A stretch of 64,000 nucleotides of DNA from an uncultured candidate division Zixibacteria bacterium (GCA_963735035.1 CAVTJJ010000004.1:992001-1056000); one strand, 5' to 3'; counted from the stretch's first letter, positions 10,359-22,243 are shown. Notes: generated from the sequence alone by a model not told the origin. Translations and numbers: made by a program.

Positions 10359-10784
10359 TCAAAGAACCTCGAAGGAAGTGAGCCGATTGTCGCGGAGATT
10401 GGCGACGAAACTTAGCCTCTTTGTGAAGACGAAAAATCCACGCGAAGCAAGGCAGGTTAGTTCTATGTCGCTGTCGGCGCTCTCCTTGTTGACGTTAATG
10501 AAGATCACACTGACTGGCACATTCATCCATTTCTCGCCCTGGCGGGCTTCCGGGCTGGCGAGATACGAATGGTATTTCTCTTTCAGCGTATTGTAGACGC
10601 TTCCAAAGGCCTCACAAAGAGAGTGATACCGATCGATCTGAATCGGGGTTGGCCCTGTCTCGCCCGCCGAGAAGAACAGTTCGTAGGATTGTTCTCCGAT
10701 AGAATCATCACCGCCCCAGAAATCGCCGATATCAGAGTCTTTGATAAACACAAGACCCTTTTCAGTTATGAAATCCTGCGTCAT
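10359..10784 (-). CDS. Hypothetical protein (141 aa)
   Basis: GGAGAAGG RBS before ATG 10784; the longer track ORF runs into the tRNA. Confidence 0.55.
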   Translation of the reverse strand: MTQDFITEKGLVFIKDSDIGDFWGGDDSIGEQSYELFFSAGETGPTPIQIDRYHSLCEAFGSVYNTLKEKYHSYLASPEARQGEKWMNVPVSVIFINVNKESADSDIELTCLASRGFFVFTKRLSFVANLRDNRLTSFEVL

Positions 10785-10881
10785 GGCCTTCTCCACTATA
10801 ACAGTTCGAAAGCGTCGGGGTCGCCCGATGATGTATGGAATTGAATTAACGGGGTAAGCGGTCCTGACAACCAACAAAAAA

Positions 10882-10955
<74 letters not shown>

Positions 10956-11036
10956 ATTACCCTCAAATACAGGCAGCCGGAATTACGTTATCAGGTCACC
11001 GGTTGTCAACACTTTTGAGCCCGCACCGCCGGGGGA

Positions 11037-12035
11037 TCATTTTCCGGGAAGAAACCAGATTATCAGGACGACTACCGCCAGGAACGCCAGGACAAGGCTC
11101 AAGAGCACATATTTGCTGGTCCCCGACCCGGAAGCAGAACCGTTCGGCCGGGTTTCGACCTCAGCGTCGGACAATCTGACCAACCATTTGTTCTCTGCTT
11201 CGCCCGTTTCGGACGATTCTTCCTCAAGCGTGCAGACTTCCAGTTCCGGCAAAGGTGAAGCCTCGACTTGACCGACTTCCAAAGCGACCACCGTTACATT
11301 GTCCGAGCCACCCCGATCGTTGGCCAACTGGATGAGGGAGTCTACCAGTTTCGGCAAATCTTTTCGATGATGCCGGGCCACGTCGAAGATTTCAATATCG
11401 TCGGCGAAACCGCAGAGGCCGTCTGAGCACAGCAGGAATTGATCTCCGGGGTGGACCTTGACGGTTCGAAAGTCAATCTCAACGGTGTTCCGTACACCTA
11501 GAGCGCGGGTGATGACGTTTCGGCCGACCACCGACGATGCTTCTTTCTCCGACATGTTGTGAGCAGTCTGGATCTCGGCCATCCAGGAGTGGTCCCGGGT
11601 CAGCGGCTCCAGACCCTCGTCGGTGATACGATAGGCGCGGCTGTCGCCCACGTGGGCGACCGTCATGATATCGGCTTCGAAGGCTGTCGCTACGATGGTA
11701 GTCCCCATGCCCGTGAGTTCCGGGTCCCCCAGGGCCCTTACATAAATGGCCCGGTTGGCCAGGCGAATCGCTCGAAGGAGAATATCGCCGTTCGGTAGCA
11801 GCGATTGGCCTGTCGAAAGCAGGGAGTTATTTGCCAGTTCATCGTGGAAATGCTTGAATGATTTGGAGAGAATCTCGGAAGCCGTCAAAGACGCTACTTC
11901 GCCGGCCTGATGCCCCCCCATGCCGTCGCATACGGCGTAGACGTGGTTCTTTTCGTCGAGATGCAGGCAATCCTCGTTGCCCGAACGCACCAACCCGATA
12001 TCGCTTCGGCCTGCAACCGCTATTTGAAGAGCCAC
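11037..12035 (-). CDS. PP2C-family Ser/Thr phosphatase (Stp1/PrpC-like) with C-terminal membrane anchor
   Basis: SDIGLVRSGNED, VCDGMGGHQAGEVAS, GMGTT, HVGDSRAY, LCSDGL, GGSDNVT. Confidence 0.93.
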   Translation of the reverse strand: MALQIAVAGRSDIGLVRSGNEDCLHLDEKNHVYAVCDGMGGHQAGEVASLTASEILSKSFKHFHDELANNSLLSTGQSLLPNGDILLRAIRLANRAIYVRALGDPELTGMGTTIVATAFEADIMTVAHVGDSRAYRITDEGLEPLTRDHSWMAEIQTAHNMSEKEASSVVGRNVITRALGVRNTVEIDFRTVKVHPGDQFLLCSDGLCGFADDIEIFDVARHHRKDLPKLVDSLIQLANDRGGSDNVTVVALEVGQVEASPLPELEVCTLEEESSETGEAENKWLVRLSDAEVETRPNGSASGSGTSKYVLLSLVLAFLAVVVLIIWFLPGK

Positions 12036-12139
12036 CTGTAAATCCCGAGGGTATCGTCCTAAGTCGCCGATGATCCGCCATGGGGTGATCTCGGCTCGTT
12101 TCGGGTCAAAATATACCCCGTTCACACGGTCGGGAAACT

Positions 12140-12176
12140 AAAAAAAGACCCCTCGGCGCGAAGCCGAGGGGTCTTT
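12140..12176 (-). terminator. Rho-independent terminator
   Basis: Hairpin AAAGACCCCTCGG-loop-CCGAGGGGTCTTT with a T-run on the minus strand, after the ORF ending at 12202. Confidence 0.8.
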
Positions 12177-12201
12177 GCCCGGTCGATGATGTGGGCTGAT
12201 A

Positions 12202-13257
12202 CTACTTGAGGAGTATCATTTTTCTTGTCTTGGCGAAAGTCTCGGTCGACAGGCGGTAGAAATAGACGCCGCTGGCCAGATCGGAGCCATCGAATTTCAG
12301 CATACCTTCACCGGCTGATAACCAGCCCAGGTCGCGGCTCTCAACAACCCGTCCCAGCACGTCGTAGACGTCCAGTTGCGCCCGTGAACCGGTCGGCAAC
12401 TGGTAAGCAATATTCGTAGTTGGATTGAACGGGTTGGGGTAATTCTGGTACAGGGCAAATGAGCCCGGCATGACCACGCCGTCTTCGTCGATATCGGTCA
12501 GCGACATAATCATATTAAACGACCCGGTCACGGTTACAGTCGTATCAACCTCTGAGAAGACGGTATAAGAAACCGTGTTGATAGTGTCATCAGGGGTGCT
12601 GACAAAGATCGGGGCACGGGCGGAGAAATAGACCGAAACGGTCTGGCCAACCCCGGCGTAAATCACACTGTCCGGCGGGAAAGACTCCCAGTCAAAATTG
12701 GTCGTGCCGCTCGTATGCGACATCGACATTTTCACGCCGTAGAAGTCAGTTCCGTTGCCGTCATTCCGAACTTCTACGTGAAACCTGCCGGTGTCACCCG
12801 GCATCACGAGAGTGTCGGCGGGGTAGCTGATCCCAGTCATGGCAATAGTCGCAGTGGCAGACAAAGTAACTGATTTTAGAGATTTGTCAGTCCAGGTAGC
12901 GTCGCCATGAGTGACCGTTGCGGTGCGGCCGTTGATCTTGAAAGTGATGGTTTCACCGGCCGAAGCTCCCTCGTCAAGCAGCGTCCCCGGGTCGTCACCG
13001 TAGACCGAGAAGTAGCCGAAGATCGCGTGGCCACCGCTCAGACGGACGGTGTCGGTCCCGCAATAAATGCCGGACGGATCGTAAGCCTGAATGACAGTGC
13101 CTACTGCCAGCAACTGGCCGTTATAAGTCGATGCGATCAGGGTGTCGGTAAACGACGTAAAATACGGCGTTGGAGTAATCGTCTGTGCGGAAACGCCGAT
13201 TCCAAGACCTGCGGTCAGGACAATCGCGAATGCCAGTTTCAACAAGTACCTTTTCAC
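12202..13257 (-). CDS. Secreted protein with T9SS type-A C-terminal sorting domain
   Basis: Signal peptide; tail FALYQNYPNPFNPTT...LASGVYFYRL...KMILLK. Confidence 0.88.
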   Translation of the reverse strand: MKRYLLKLAFAIVLTAGLGIGVSAQTITPTPYFTSFTDTLIASTYNGQLLAVGTVIQAYDPSGIYCGTDTVRLSGGHAIFGYFSVYGDDPGTLLDEGASAGETITFKINGRTATVTHGDATWTDKSLKSVTLSATATIAMTGISYPADTLVMPGDTGRFHVEVRNDGNGTDFYGVKMSMSHTSGTTNFDWESFPPDSVIYAGVGQTVSVYFSARAPIFVSTPDDTINTVSYTVFSEVDTTVTVTGSFNMIMSLTDIDEDGVVMPGSFALYQNYPNPFNPTTNIAYQLPTGSRAQLDVYDVLGRVVESRDLGWLSAGEGMLKFDGSDLASGVYFYRLSTETFAKTRKMILLK

Positions 13258-13336
13258 TTTGTCACCATTCTGCTGTGACCCGGCCGAGTCACAAACTCGG
13301 CCGGATCAATAGTTGCGTATTCTTGAACCGACGCTT

Positions 13337-16300
13337 CTACTTGAGAAGCATCATCTTCCGGGTCTCGGTGTAGTTATCGGCAGTCAGACGGTAGAAGTAA
13401 ACGCCGGAGGCGGTGGCATTGCCGTCAGAATCGCGGCCATCCCACACCACGCGATGTTCACCCGCTACAGCCGGGCCGTCGAATATTACTGCCACGGAAG
13501 CTCCGAGAACGTTGAAGATTTCAAGTCTGGCATGACCGTTGACCGGCATGCTGAACTTCATCTCCGTGCTCGGATTGAACGGGTTCGGGTAATTCTGTGA
13601 CAGCGCATAGCTGTTCGGAACTACCGTATTGTTCGAATTAGCCGTCGCCAGTTCGGTAACCTCGATGCGGTCGCCGTTGGCGTTCCAGGTCAGGACTTCG
13701 GACGTCATGACATCATCAACCTTCAAATAGAACTGATCACCGGCCCTCAGACCGACCACGTTCTCACCAGCGCCATCAGCGTAAACCGGCATGAAGCCGA
13801 ACTGACCGGCGGTGGACATCGTAAAGCTGCCCACTTGATGATCGCCCGCTACGGAGTAGGCCGTGATATGAGCGCCCGAAGCTACCTGCTTGCCGTCAAG
13901 CAGCAGATCGCGCGAGTACAGGTTGATCCAGTTGGTCGTGGCGATTGTGCCGTCACCGCCGAGAGCCACTTCCGGGGTCTGAGGACGAATCTGAAGCGGG
14001 GCCGTGGGGACGTCTTCATAAACCAGGGTGCCCGGAGCGTTCGTCTTGATCCAGTAGCCGTTGCATGGATCCATGGTTTCGAGTTGGTTGAACTGGCCGC
14101 CCGGTTGCCAGACTTCAATCTGACCGTTCGGGAAGCCATAAGCAAACATCGTGATGCCGGAAACCGTAGAAAGAGCCTGTTCGACCGACCAGCTCGATTC
14201 TGGCAGATAGCTGACCAGGTTCCAGCCGGTCGTCAACGGAATCTGCGTCGATTCCACCACCGGGAGGCCCGTGATGGTCAGATTGATCTCGCTGACACCT
14301 TCGATCTTCACCCAGTAACCGCTGAGGTGATCGACATCGTGCAGGGTCGAGAACATCTGAAGATCCGGATCAAATGTCAATCCGCCGCGCTCGAAACCGA
14401 GGACGACGTCGACATTGTTCATGATCGGTGCCAGGACGTCCAGGATATTGTCGCTGTCGGTGTTGACGTTCCAGCTGATCAGATTCCAGCCTTCCATCAA
14501 GGTGCAGACCTTCTCAACCGTACCGCGAACTTCGAGACAGACCTCGACTTTGAAGTACTCGGCCGGATAGAAAACGTTGCCGGACGTAACAGCGTCCATG
14601 CCATTGATAGTGAAGTGAAGCCGGTCGCCGGTGCGGGCGCCTGGGTCACCGAATTCATCCGAAGCCCGGTAGACGGGCATGAACCCGTACTTGCCGCGTT
14701 CGGTCACCATGACCTGGCCGACCAGCAAATTGGCCTGCGTGTAAGCTTCGACCACGGCCCCTACCGGCACCGGGGCGCCGAGGAACCAGTTGGACACTTC
14801 CGGACTTTCCGGACAGAAGTAATCCACCCACTGGCTGGTCGGAGTGACAATTTCCGGCAGGGGCTGAAGCACGATTTTGATGCCCTTGGCACCGAAGTTA
14901 ATGTCTTCTACTTTGCCGGGATAATAACCGGCTTTGTAAGCATAGAGGTCGAATGGAATGACATTGATACCGTCGAATGCAAAGCCGCCGATACTCGACG
15001 ACGTGGTAAACATCAGGGGTTCGGTGAGCGGGTAATCAGCCCACAGTTCGACATTGGCGCCTTCGATCTCGTTGTCGTCCGGGTCAACTACGTAACCGCA
15101 GACAAAATTCGAGGCGTTGCCGACTATGACTGCGCCCGGGATGTATTCAGGGAACTCCGTCTGGATACCATCGCCACAATTGCGATAGAAGTAGACGTCG
15201 CCCGGAGTCAGCGGCGGATAGGCGCCGAGCGCCAGGCCGTGCGTACCGGCTTCGATTTCCGGCCGTAGAGCGAAATACAGCGTAGCCAATAATTGCTGAG
15301 AACCGATCGGCACTTCCGCCTGGCTGCCGACCGCCATGGTAATCGTTACGTCACCAAGATCATTGTTTATGGCTGCGTTCTTGTCGTCGATATTGGCCAG
15401 CTGCGACCCGACGAATGACACCGAATCAAGGTGCAATCCGGTGGTGGTCCAATTGAGCGACAGGCCCAGGCCGGTCAACTGACAACTGTTGCTGAAGAGT
15501 ACCGGGACGGCTACGCGCATGCCGGGCACGGCCGGCGTGTTCACCACGATAACCGTATCCGCGCTAGGCGCGCGGTTGACCGTCACGTTGACGATAACCA
15601 GCAATTGGGTCGGACACTGCAGGCCTGACTGACCGTAATTGTCAACTATACGGGCGGTATCAGAATAGACGCCCTGCGCGCTAAACGGTCTTACATAGCT
15701 TACATTCACGTGCCCGGAGGTTTCCGTGTTGCCGGAGATCGGGTCAAACGAAAAATACTCGGCCGGGACTACCGCCCACGGGATTGAGGCGCCGGTGCTG
15801 CCAATGTTGAAACGACTCACTGACGATCGCCGTCTCGCCCGCGAAAGTCTGGACGTTGTAGACAACGGCAGTCGTGAGGAAAGTCGGGCACGCCGTCACC
15901 ATGAAGCGCACATACACTTTCAACGGTGAGTTGACCGCGGCCGCAGATGTCACCATGATAGAGTCAAAGTAGTTGCCCGGAGCGAGTTCAGTGCTGAACG
16001 TTACCTGGACATCGCCCGAAGTTGTACCCGACATTGGGTTCATGGTAAACCAGGTCGCACCTGAAGAAACCGCGAAAGCGATGGCACCGCCGCCCGCTTC
16101 GGAGACGGTAAACGACGAAGTGGCCGCCGCTGGAGCCCCTTCGGACTGAACCATGTCAATCTCGGTCTCGGAGACGACCAGTTCGTTGCCGATCGTCAGA
16201 TTCACCTCTACCGTAACCGGGGGGTACGCCGCGGGCGAACCTTGCGGCGTCGTGGGAATATTATCCATTATCTGGATGGACCCGTGGTAGACTCCCGCCG

Positions 16301-17948
16301 CGAGGTCAGCGATGTTCACGCCGACCGCTATATCGGCCGGAGTTGTAGCCGGCGCCGGATCGAGCACGATCCAGCTATCGGAGGTAGTGGCAACAAACGA
16401 AGCCTGGGAGCCGTCACCGATAGTTACGTGGACTGTTTGCGGAGCCGGATTGGTACCGTGGAAACGCCCCGAGAAATTCAACGTCATCGGATTGACTACG
16501 AACCCGTCCATATCGAGCACTTCGACTGTGACGAATTCGCTGTCCGCCAGACTGCCGTCGGAGACAATCACCCAGAAAGTGTGCATGCCGGCGTCGGTGT
16601 TGTTCGGCGTCCAACTAAAAGTAGCCGTGCCGTCGCCGTGGTCCGTAAACGTGGCGGTGGACGGTATGCCCGGGGCGCTAAGTGTTAGCGCTGTTTCGTC
16701 CGGATCGGTGCCCGATGCAACAAAAGTGAGATTCGCACCTTCGTTTACCATCTGCGGACCGATTCCCGCCAGTACCGGCGGACGGTTCACGTCCATTACG
16801 GTAATTGTTATGGCTTCGAAATCGGTCAGGCTTCCGTCGGAAGCCGTGAAGGTAACAGGGTATGACCCGGCGGCATTAAATCCCGGTATCCAGGAAAAGG
16901 TCCCGGTGCCGTTACCATGGTCGACGAAACCGGCGCCAAAAGGCAGAGCCGAAGTAGTCAGTAGCGGTGTCGCTCCATCCGGATCGGTCGCCGTTACATC
17001 AAACTGCAACAGGCTGTTTTCATTGACCTGCCGGTTGCCTATAGAAGCCAGAACCGGCGGTTGGTTGGGCAGGGCCAAGTGGAGATTTATCGCGACCGTA
17101 TCCGCATTGGTGGCCTCGGCGGAGGTTACAATCACTCTACCCTGGTAGTCGCCCGCGGTCAGACCGGTCATATTGATGCCCACGCCAACCGTGCCGGGAG
17201 TCGTGCCGCTTGCATTGGTCAACGTTATCCAGCTAGTTGACGCGGCTGCCGTAAAAGGGATGTTGTCACCCACGGCTTCAGATACATCGAATGATTGATT
17301 TGGTGGAGCTGAACTTCCCGCCACCCCGGTGAAACTCAAATTGTTAGTATTCGTCTGCAGTACGCCGGTGATGTGTGGCCTGTTGGCGTCGTAGATCACC
17401 AAGCGGGACTTCCAGATAGGCCGGTATTCCGTATTACTGAAATCCACAAATGTAAATGTGGCCCCCAACACCTGCATGCTATCAAATACGATCGAATCAA
17501 GTACCGACCAGCTAGAAAGAACGAAGTTGTAGGTGGCTACATGTTTGGCGGTCATGCTTGCTACCAAACCCGGCGATTCACCGCCACGGGCCCCTGTACA
17601 TTGAAAAGCACGGTATTTGTTAGTGCTGTCAATCCTGCCGTTGCGATAGACCATGTGCATCATATCAAAGATCACGAGGCCGTCGGGCGTAAAAGCCCCA
17701 CTTGTCATGCGCAGGTTGTTGTTCAACCATCCGAAGCCAAGAGCTATGGAGTTGAGGCTTTGAACATCGTTGAATAAGTACAGATTCATCGAAACGTTCA
17801 ACTGGTTGGTATTGGCGTCCGGTACCACGGTAAAATCCATGCGCACCGTGTCCGCGACACCCTGATCCAGCGGATCCTGCTGGGCCATAGCGGTGACCCC
17901 AAACAGGCTAAACAGGACAAGTAGTCCCGCAATTAGTTTGAAGTTCAT
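13337..17948 (-). CDS. Very large (~1530 aa) T9SS-sorted surface protein with cohesin-like, BACON/Ig-like and cadherin-like domains (split near 15810, probably a sequencing indel)
   Basis: Signal peptide; NQPPVL..IG...V.E...L.F...ATDPDG repeats; cohesin-like region ~15120-15565; LSQNYPNPFNP...SGVYFYRL..RKMMLLK. Deleting one base near 15810 fuses the two ORFs (..SESFNIGSTG..). Confidence 0.82.
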
Positions 17949-18283
17949 ATCTTTACAATCCTCCTCAAGTATTGATTATAACTACACTTACATATTTGCA
18001 TCTAGTCGGGCGGGGATGGGCACAATTCAAAAACCGGTGCGCTGAATGAGGCTCACCGTTGATTTTGACCCATACTTACAAGTTTACTAACATCACAGGT
18101 CGAAAGACATCCGTCTATCTAAACCCAGTCCTGTTAGACCAATTTGAAGTAACTGAAAGGAGTAACTGCAGCGGTATTGCAGGGTAACCCCTTACCATCA
18201 TCGACCGCTCGGAATATATGTGAAAAGCCCCGGATGTCAAGGGATTATGGCCATTTTCGATGTTCAAAATTGGAGCAGAATGG

Positions 18284-18664
18284 TTACGCCGGGAGCCGTT
18301 TTCGGCCGCGAAGATACCCTGCCACTGCCAGTACTACCAGGCCGCCGCTCAGGTCGGCCGCATAGTCCCAGATATCAGCCGTCCGACCGGGGATAAACGC
18401 CTGCAGGACTTCGTCTACGAGCCCAAAAACCACGAGGTAGGAGAGGCTCATCAGGAAGATTACGCGGTTGCTGGCCGGTTCCTTCAGATGAGTCAGAGAC
18501 CGGTAGACGAGAAACGCAAATATTGCGTATTCAAGGAAATGCGCGATTTTGTCGGTGGCGAGAATCCGGATTGCCTGAGTCCGAAAACTGGTCAATGAGG
18601 GAAGGACCAGGATCGCCACGGCGTAGACCATAGCCGGCAGATGGTATTTGAAAAATGCTTTCAT
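18284..18664 (-). CDS. VanZ family membrane protein
   Basis: DKIAHFLEYAIF...DEVLQAFIPGRTADIWDYAAD. Confidence 0.9.
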   Translation of the reverse strand: MKAFFKYHLPAMVYAVAILVLPSLTSFRTQAIRILATDKIAHFLEYAIFAFLVYRSLTHLKEPASNRVIFLMSLSYLVVFGLVDEVLQAFIPGRTADIWDYAADLSGGLVVLAVAGYLRGRKRLPA

Positions 18665-18779
18665 ACGTAGTTTGCTTTGCGACTACAGTCTAAACGTTCC
18701 GGCCGAGTCCGGTCAACCAATGTTCTCCCGATAATCGGCTCCGGCCGCAATTTCTGTATTCCTTGTGTCGAGACCAAAT

Positions 18780-19630
18780 CTGGGCTGGGGTGGCCCATCC
18801 GCCTGCGGGTGGGTTTATAGCATCACGCGCTCACCTTGTGACCCCCTCTCCGCCCCCACTCTGTCATGCCACGGCCGCTCCCGCTACGTCATGCCCCGGC
18901 TTGACCGGGGCACCAAGGGTGGTAGGTCAGGCCTACTCGGGTTGACGTAGAGTGCCCGGCCCGACGCGGCGGGCCCACATCTGGCGGGTTCTTATTGACT
19001 GTCTTAGGAGGAGACGGGTCGTAGACCCGTCATTCTGGCGGAAGCCAGAACCCAGTTGTGTTGGTAAGTGCACTGAAGCTAATGTCAGAACCTCCGTGCG
19101 AACGGGGGTTTCGAATCATGACCGAAATAATTCTGCAATCATAACTGGGCACCGGTTTTCACCGGTGTGACGGCCTGGTGGCCGTTTCAATTTCACTAGG
19201 CAGAACCCCTTGCGGGTGGGTTACAAGGGATTTGAGAACGAACGATTTGAACGCCTTCGTCCGCAGAACCACTCGCGGAAGCGTCGAGGGTTCTGCGCTA
19301 CGCGTTTGCTGTGCCCCCGCACGCCGACAGGGGTCACGATGTAGCTCTTCGTTTGTGAACTTAGGGGGCATCCAAGGGCTGTAGGTCAGGCCTACTCGGG
19401 TTGACGTAGAGTGCCCGGCCCGACGCGGCGGGCCACATCTGCCGGACTTTGGCGGGTTCGAAGCGGACCCGCCCTACCGGTTCAGAGTAAGTAGGGCAGA
19501 ACCAATGTACTCCTGCCATCAATGTCAGGCGTCGAGTCCGCCTGACCTACGATTTGCGAACGAACGATTTGAACGCCTTCGTCCGCAGAACCGCTCGCCG
19601 AAGCGTCGAGGGTTCTGCGCTACGCCAATG
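18780..19630. repeat. REP-element mosaic (BIME-like cluster)
   Basis: ~65-bp direct repeat at ~18915 and ~19373; CGTC doublet at 19028-19172; 66-bp GTAG element at 19236-19301 and 19558-19623; GTAGGGCGGGTCCGCTTCGAACCCGCC on the minus strand near 19450-19476. Confidence 0.85.
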
Positions 19631-19644
19631 ATGCCGTGGAATTG

Positions 19645-19674
19645 AAAAGGGCGCCGCGTGAATCGCGGCGCCCT
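19645..19674 (-). terminator. Rho-independent terminator
   Basis: AGGGCGCCGCG-loop-CGCGGCGCCCTTTT on the minus strand after the SBBP gene. Confidence 0.75.
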
Positions 19675-19714
19675 GAACAAAGAAAGTTAGTGATTCTATT
19701 GGACCAATTCGCGA

Positions 19715-21835
19715 CTACAGACAGTTCGGCAGGCCAAGTTCCGGACCGGTAATGAACAGGTAGTCGATGAGATATGAGACGTCACCCATTGTTATGTCAC
19801 TTTGGGCAGGGTTACCTCCCCCAGATTGGTTGACATCGGCTTCGGACATACAATGGATAACGCTCCAATCCAAGCTGATGAACAGTACATCAATTAGAAT
19901 ATTAACGTCACTAATGGTCGGCTCGTCACCACCCGATTGATCGGCGTCCCCTGTTCGGCCAACGCAGCAACTTGCCGCCTCGATCTTGGTGATGAAGGCA
20001 TCGATGTTCTGATACGTGCCCTGGTAGGCATTGACTATGGGAAAATCGCTTGACCAAGTAGTACCGGTAATGTATACACCCCCAGACGCGTCAACCGCGA
20101 TGGCGTTACCACCATCTGAGCCGCTTCCGCCCAAGTACGAACTGTAGGCCAAGGAACCGCCTTCGCTTGAAAGCCGGGCAACAAAAGCATCAACGTCACC
20201 TTGATCCGTCTGGAATTCGTTGACAGTCGGGAAGTTGTTGGATTGAGTTGAGCCTGTCACATAGACTGCTCCAGACCCATCCACCGCAATGCCATTGGCA
20301 TTGTCGCGCCAATCGCTCCCCCCCAGGTAAGTGCTGAAAACAAGACTACTGCCATTGACTGAAAGTTTGGTCACAAATGCGTCGTCGGATCCTTGAAATG
20401 TCTGGTACGGATTGACAGTGGGGAAATTGGTTGAGGTTGTCCAGCCCGTCACATACATATTTCCTGAAGCGTCCACCGTGATGTCACGGCATACTTCCGC
20501 GCTGTCCCCCCCCAAATAGGTGCTGTAGAGCAGGTTGTTGCCTGTGCTTGAGAGTTGAGCTACAAAGCCGTCTTCACCTGCCTGATTTCCCTGGTAGGGT
20601 GAGACGGTGGGAAAATTAGACGAAACAGTCGAGCCTGCCACATAAGCCACTCCCGACGGATTCACAAAGATACCCTCGGCTCCTTCGCTTAAGGATCCGC
20701 CAATATGGGTACTATAAGCCAGGCTGTTGCCTCCGGTCGAGAGTTTTGTAACAAACACGTCACAGGCTCCCTGGTTCGTCGATTGGTACGCATTGAGTGT
20801 CGGGAAATTCGAAGACCAGGTCCAGCCTGTCACATACGCAGCTCCAGACACTACAGCGATGTCCGCGCCGATCTCAGAGTCACTCCCGCCGAGGAATGTG
20901 CTGTAGGAGAGACTACCGCTGCTTGAGAGTTTTGTGACAAACACGTCAATGACTCCCTGGAACGTCGATTGGTACGCGTTGAGTGTCGGGAAGTCGCTGG
21001 AGTAAGTGCTGCCCGTCACGTAAACAGCTCCAGAAGCATCCAATGCAATGCCGTAGCCAAAGTCCCAACTGCTTCCGGCAAGGGTGGTACTGTAGACCAA
21101 GCTATCGCCGCTGCTTGACAACTTTGTGACGAATATATCAGTGTATTCCGGAGTTATCCCCTGACCATTCTTCTGTCCCGGATCAATAATAGGGAAGCTG
21201 CCAGGAGCCTTATCACCCATCACATATACGCATCCTGACGAGTCCAGAGCGATGTCGTAGCCTTTTTGAGAGCCATTTCCCCCCAGATACGTGCTGTACA
21301 CCAATTCCGGATCGATAGTCACCGGCTGAGTACGATCATATTCCTTGCCGAGCTGGAATCCGAACGTATTGTCATCCTGAACCGTGAACTCGGATGTCAC
21401 CGCCCGCCGTTCGCCGTTTACGTTCTGGTACACCACCGGGGCCAGTTCTTTGATCTCGCCCCAGGCCGTAGTGACCGTCAGCGAACCATCGGTAGCTACC
21501 GCAACCGACTCAGCGCCATCGTACTTGACCTGTATCTTGGAGTAATCGGCACCCGGACTGACTACAAAATCATACTCCATCCGTTGACCGTTGCCATAGT
21601 ATGTAAGATCGATCCCAGGATAGACCTCCTCCAATACGACCGCTTTGTAGCTGGGAACATCGGTCCGCCATTGAGATTGATCGTTGCCGACGAAATAGTT
21701 GCACTTATAACTCATCAGGTCGTTGCCGCGCGAAGCGAAATTAGCATTCGCGCCGACTAATACCGCTTTGACAATCATTGTTTCGATACTGTCATTCGCA
21801 GCGTCCCGGCGAGAGTCCATCCCCTCGGACGTCAT
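19715..21835 (-). CDS. SBBP beta-propeller repeat protein with C-terminal dockerin-like module; 5' end apparently lost
   Basis: NYFVGND..W...V....VYPGIDL.YYG...EYDF; repeated YSTYLGG...IAVD.SG.VYVTG.T.S.DFP; CCVGRTGDAD..EPTISD tail; no signal peptide and the 5' flank is a REP cluster. Confidence 0.85.
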   Translation of the reverse strand: MTSEGMDSRRDAANDSIETMIVKAVLVGANANFASRGNDLMSYKCNYFVGNDQSQWRTDVPSYKAVVLEEVYPGIDLTYYGNGQRMEYDFVVSPGADYSKIQVKYDGAESVAVATDGSLTVTTAWGEIKELAPVVYQNVNGERRAVTSEFTVQDDNTFGFQLGKEYDRTQPVTIDPELVYSTYLGGNGSQKGYDIALDSSGCVYVMGDKAPGSFPIIDPGQKNGQGITPEYTDIFVTKLSSSGDSLVYSTTLAGSSWDFGYGIALDASGAVYVTGSTYSSDFPTLNAYQSTFQGVIDVFVTKLSSSGSLSYSTFLGGSDSEIGADIAVVSGAAYVTGWTWSSNFPTLNAYQSTNQGACDVFVTKLSTGGNSLAYSTHIGGSLSEGAEGIFVNPSGVAYVAGSTVSSNFPTVSPYQGNQAGEDGFVAQLSSTGNNLLYSTYLGGDSAEVCRDITVDASGNMYVTGWTTSTNFPTVNPYQTFQGSDDAFVTKLSVNGSSLVFSTYLGGSDWRDNANGIAVDGSGAVYVTGSTQSNNFPTVNEFQTDQGDVDAFVARLSSEGGSLAYSSYLGGSGSDGGNAIAVDASGGVYITGTTWSSDFPIVNAYQGTYQNIDAFITKIEAASCCVGRTGDADQSGGDEPTISDVNILIDVLFISLDWSVIHCMSEADVNQSGGGNPAQSDITMGDVSYLIDYLFITGPELGLPNCL

Positions 21836-21859
21836 GCCGGATTGCCCGGCCACATCAAT

Positions 21860-22243
21860 CCTGTATAGCAGAACCTCATGGCCTGCTCGCTGTGGCGAGG
21901 TTCTGCCATTAGAGTGCCCGGCAGATGTCCACATCTGCCGGTTTGAGTCCAGTAGGGCAGAACCCCTTGGGGCTGCTCGCAGTGCCGAGGTTCTGCCATT
22001 AACGTCAGGCGTCGAGTCCACCCTGACCTACGATTCGAGGACGAACGATTTGAACGCCTTCGCCCGCAGAACCACTCGCCGAAGCGTCGAGGGTTCTGCG
22101 CTACGGATTAGCTGTGCCCTGACTGCCGTCAGTGGGTACGAATTATGGTGACGATTTCAATTCGGCGGCATTAAAACGAGTCGGCAGATGTGGGCATCTG
22201 CCGGGCACGGTTGGGAAGTCTTGTAGGGCAGAACCCCTTGTGG
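21860..22243. repeat. REP cluster between the SBBP gene and IS481
   Basis: GTGCCCGGCAGATGTCCACATCTGCCG at 21914-21940 and an inverted copy at 22182-22208; GTAGGGCAGAACC elements; third copy of the 66-bp element at 22039-22104. Confidence 0.85.

Noticed and set aside
13835..15268. 477-aa antisense ORF and similar shadow ORFs (16312, 28095, 33760, 59719)
   Set aside because: They lie opposite better-supported genes and reflect codon bias in GC-rich DNA.
18763..19384. Short ORFs in REP clusters (also 23478-23896, 46015-46200, 53894-54459, 57042-57440)
   Set aside because: They are GC-rich palindromes that lack stops by chance and show no protein motifs.
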